39,792 nucleotides of DNA, taken from assembly GCA_949288335.1 (NCBI GenBank), contig CASEJU010000074.1:1-39792 (forward strand). Reading direction: 5' to 3'. The position numbers and the translations under genes are program-made. The notes under the pieces were generated by a model. That model searched no databases. It was not told the origin of the DNA and saw only the letters and a list, made by a program, of their open reading frames with translations. Below are positions 39,201 through 39,792 of the stretch, one piece after another (the first letter of the stretch is position 1; every line of letters starts with the position of its first letter). Source of the stretch: an uncultured bacterium. GTDB taxonomy: Bacteria; Bacillota_I; Bacilli_A; RF39; UBA660.

Positions 39201-39792
39201 AATCTCAAGTAAAGCTTCATCAGTATTTTTAGTAGAATCTTTACCTAAACTGTTAATTAAATATTCATCTTGACCATATAGCTTTAAAATATCATCATCC
39301 GAAGATAATCCAAAAGCTCTTAAAAACGCCGTTACAACAACCTTTCTGTTACGGTCAATTCTAACGTCTACAACGTCTTTACTATTAAGCTTATACTCAA
39401 GCCAAGTTCCCCTTGTTGGTATAATTTGTGATGATATTATAGAACGACCATTCTTATCTATTTCTCTTCCATAATATACGCTTGGAGAACGCACTAATTG
39501 TGATACAATAACACGTTCTGAACCGTTAAATATAAATGATCCAGAATCAGTCATAAGTGGCATATCACCCAAAAAGATTTCTTGTTCTTTTACCTCTCCT
39601 GTTTCATTATTAAAAAGACGAGTTTGAACTTTTAACGGAGCAGCATAAGTAGTTTTCTTCTCCTTACATTCTTTAATCGTATGCCTTGGTTCATCAAATG
39701 AGTATTCACCAAATTCTAAAGATAATGTTCCAGAGAAATTTTCTACTGGGCTTATTTCTTCTAATACTTCTTTGATTCCATCCTTAATAAAC
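36270..39792 (-). CDS. rpoB: DNA-directed RNA polymerase subunit beta (5' end beyond the window)
   Basis: The frame stays open upstream of the track's first Met. My translation of 39792-39573 gives [77 protein letters not shown], a canonical RpoB N-terminal region. The C-terminus is acidic. Confidence 0.98.
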   Translation of the reverse strand, partial: FIKDGIKEVLEEISPVENFSGTLSLEFGEYSFDEPRHTIKECKEKKTTYAAPLKVQTRLFNNETGEVKEQEIFLGDMPLMTDSGSFIFNGSERVIVSQLVRSPSVYYGREIDKNGRSIISSQIIPTRGTWLEYKLNSKDVVDVRIDRNRKVVVTAFLRAFGLSSDDDILKLYGQDEYLINSLGKDSTKNTDEALLEIYEKLKPGEPATLDSAKNQLITRFFDNFRYDLAKVGRYKFNKKLNVIDRLLNQTLAEDITVDGKVVIKKGTKVTKDVLETLKPILENGYGMVDATMDKELDDHTMVQVINIYSPVEPDKVIKVIGNDQSLGVKTLTISDIYASVSYYLNLLNNVGQIDEIDHLSNRRLRQVGELLQNQFRIGVARMERVIRERMTTLDIETATPKTLINIRPITAVIKEFFGSSPLSQFMDQINPLSELNNKRRLSALGPGGLSRDRAAMEVRDVNVSHYGRICPIESPEGANIGLITSLANYAKVNDYGFIMTPYRRVKDGKLQDQIDYLTADEENGHIIAQAKVEMDGNTIVQEHCPARHNGENILAKPKDIDYIDVSPQQIVSVTTSCIPFLDHDDAHRALMGSNMQRQALPLLKAEAPLVATGVEAQAAKDSGVCVISKADGVVEYVDGKKIIVKTAKAKDIYILKNFEGSNAGTCYHQRPIVRVGDKVKRGQIIADGPSTDKGEVALGKNLVVAFMTYNGYNYEDAVILNERMVKDDVLTSIYLEDYEIQCRDTKLGPEEITRDIPNVSEEARKNLDANGIIRIGTEVKEGDILVGKVTPKGMVELTSEEKLLHAIFGEKTREVRDTSLRVPHGGAGIVHDIKIYTKKDSDELPSGVSKEIRVYIVQKRKIQVGDKMAGRHGNKGVISLVAPQEDMPYLPDGTPVDILLNPLGVPSRMNPGQILEMHLGMAAKKLGVYTATPVFDGASWKDIQEMMAEAGMDPDGKTILYNGKTGEPFDNRVAVGVMYMIKLDHMVDDKLHARATGPYSLVTQQPLGGKAQFGGQRFGEMEVWALYAYGAAHVLQEILTVKSDDVVGRVKVYESIVKGKPVDQAGVPESFRVLIKEFQALGLNIAMINEDGKEVDVKTLEEEEDKESTPLSIEEIDNVSMVKPKETVDVISKEEAINEDEKAESQEEQDDYEAEIEDELDELDDSLMEGDEE

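Overview
AT-rich, low-GC Bacillota-type chromosome segment. RpoE delta subunit, SpoIIR, FemAB and a class A PBP point to a spore-forming Firmicute, with standard code 11. It is almost entirely housekeeping, and nearly every gene lies on the minus strand. In window order: capA-like (partial), rnr, secG, a two-gene insertion, eno, femAB-like (+), tuf-fusA-rpsG-rpsL, rpmE, a GDSL hydrolase, murA, fba, an orphan membrane protein, mntP/ytaF-like, spoIIR, prmC, an AP-family phosphodiesterase, prfA, rpoE, argS, DUF1934, PBP1A (+), an orphan tandem-HEPN gene, ftsH, tilS, a 456-nt noncoding gap, rpoC, and rpoB (partial). Three places stand out. (1) 26722-28877 is a ~2.1 kb, visibly more AT-rich, single-gene island between the convergent pbp and ftsH genes. 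It is bracketed by a 28-nt direct repeat (26/28 identical) that is a duplicated terminator hairpin. It encodes a 666-aa protein with two R-N-C-x-A-H (HEPN RxxxxH) motifs in a duplicated module. This is a single-chain two-HEPN, Cas13-like layout with no CRISPR array or partner gene, and it is my best candidate for an undescribed defence or abortive-infection RNase. (2) The tilS-rpoC gap holds a 26-aa hydrophobic small ORF with a strong SD, a convergent promoter-to-terminator small RNA of about 89 nt, and a ~35-nt imperfect inverted repeat. This resembles a type I toxin-antitoxin module or a MITE. (3) A repeat protein plus a small membrane protein, with their own promoter, sit between eno and secG. 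No tRNA, rRNA, CRISPR array, IS element or integrase was seen. Every family call rests on motifs read by eye, and no database search was run.
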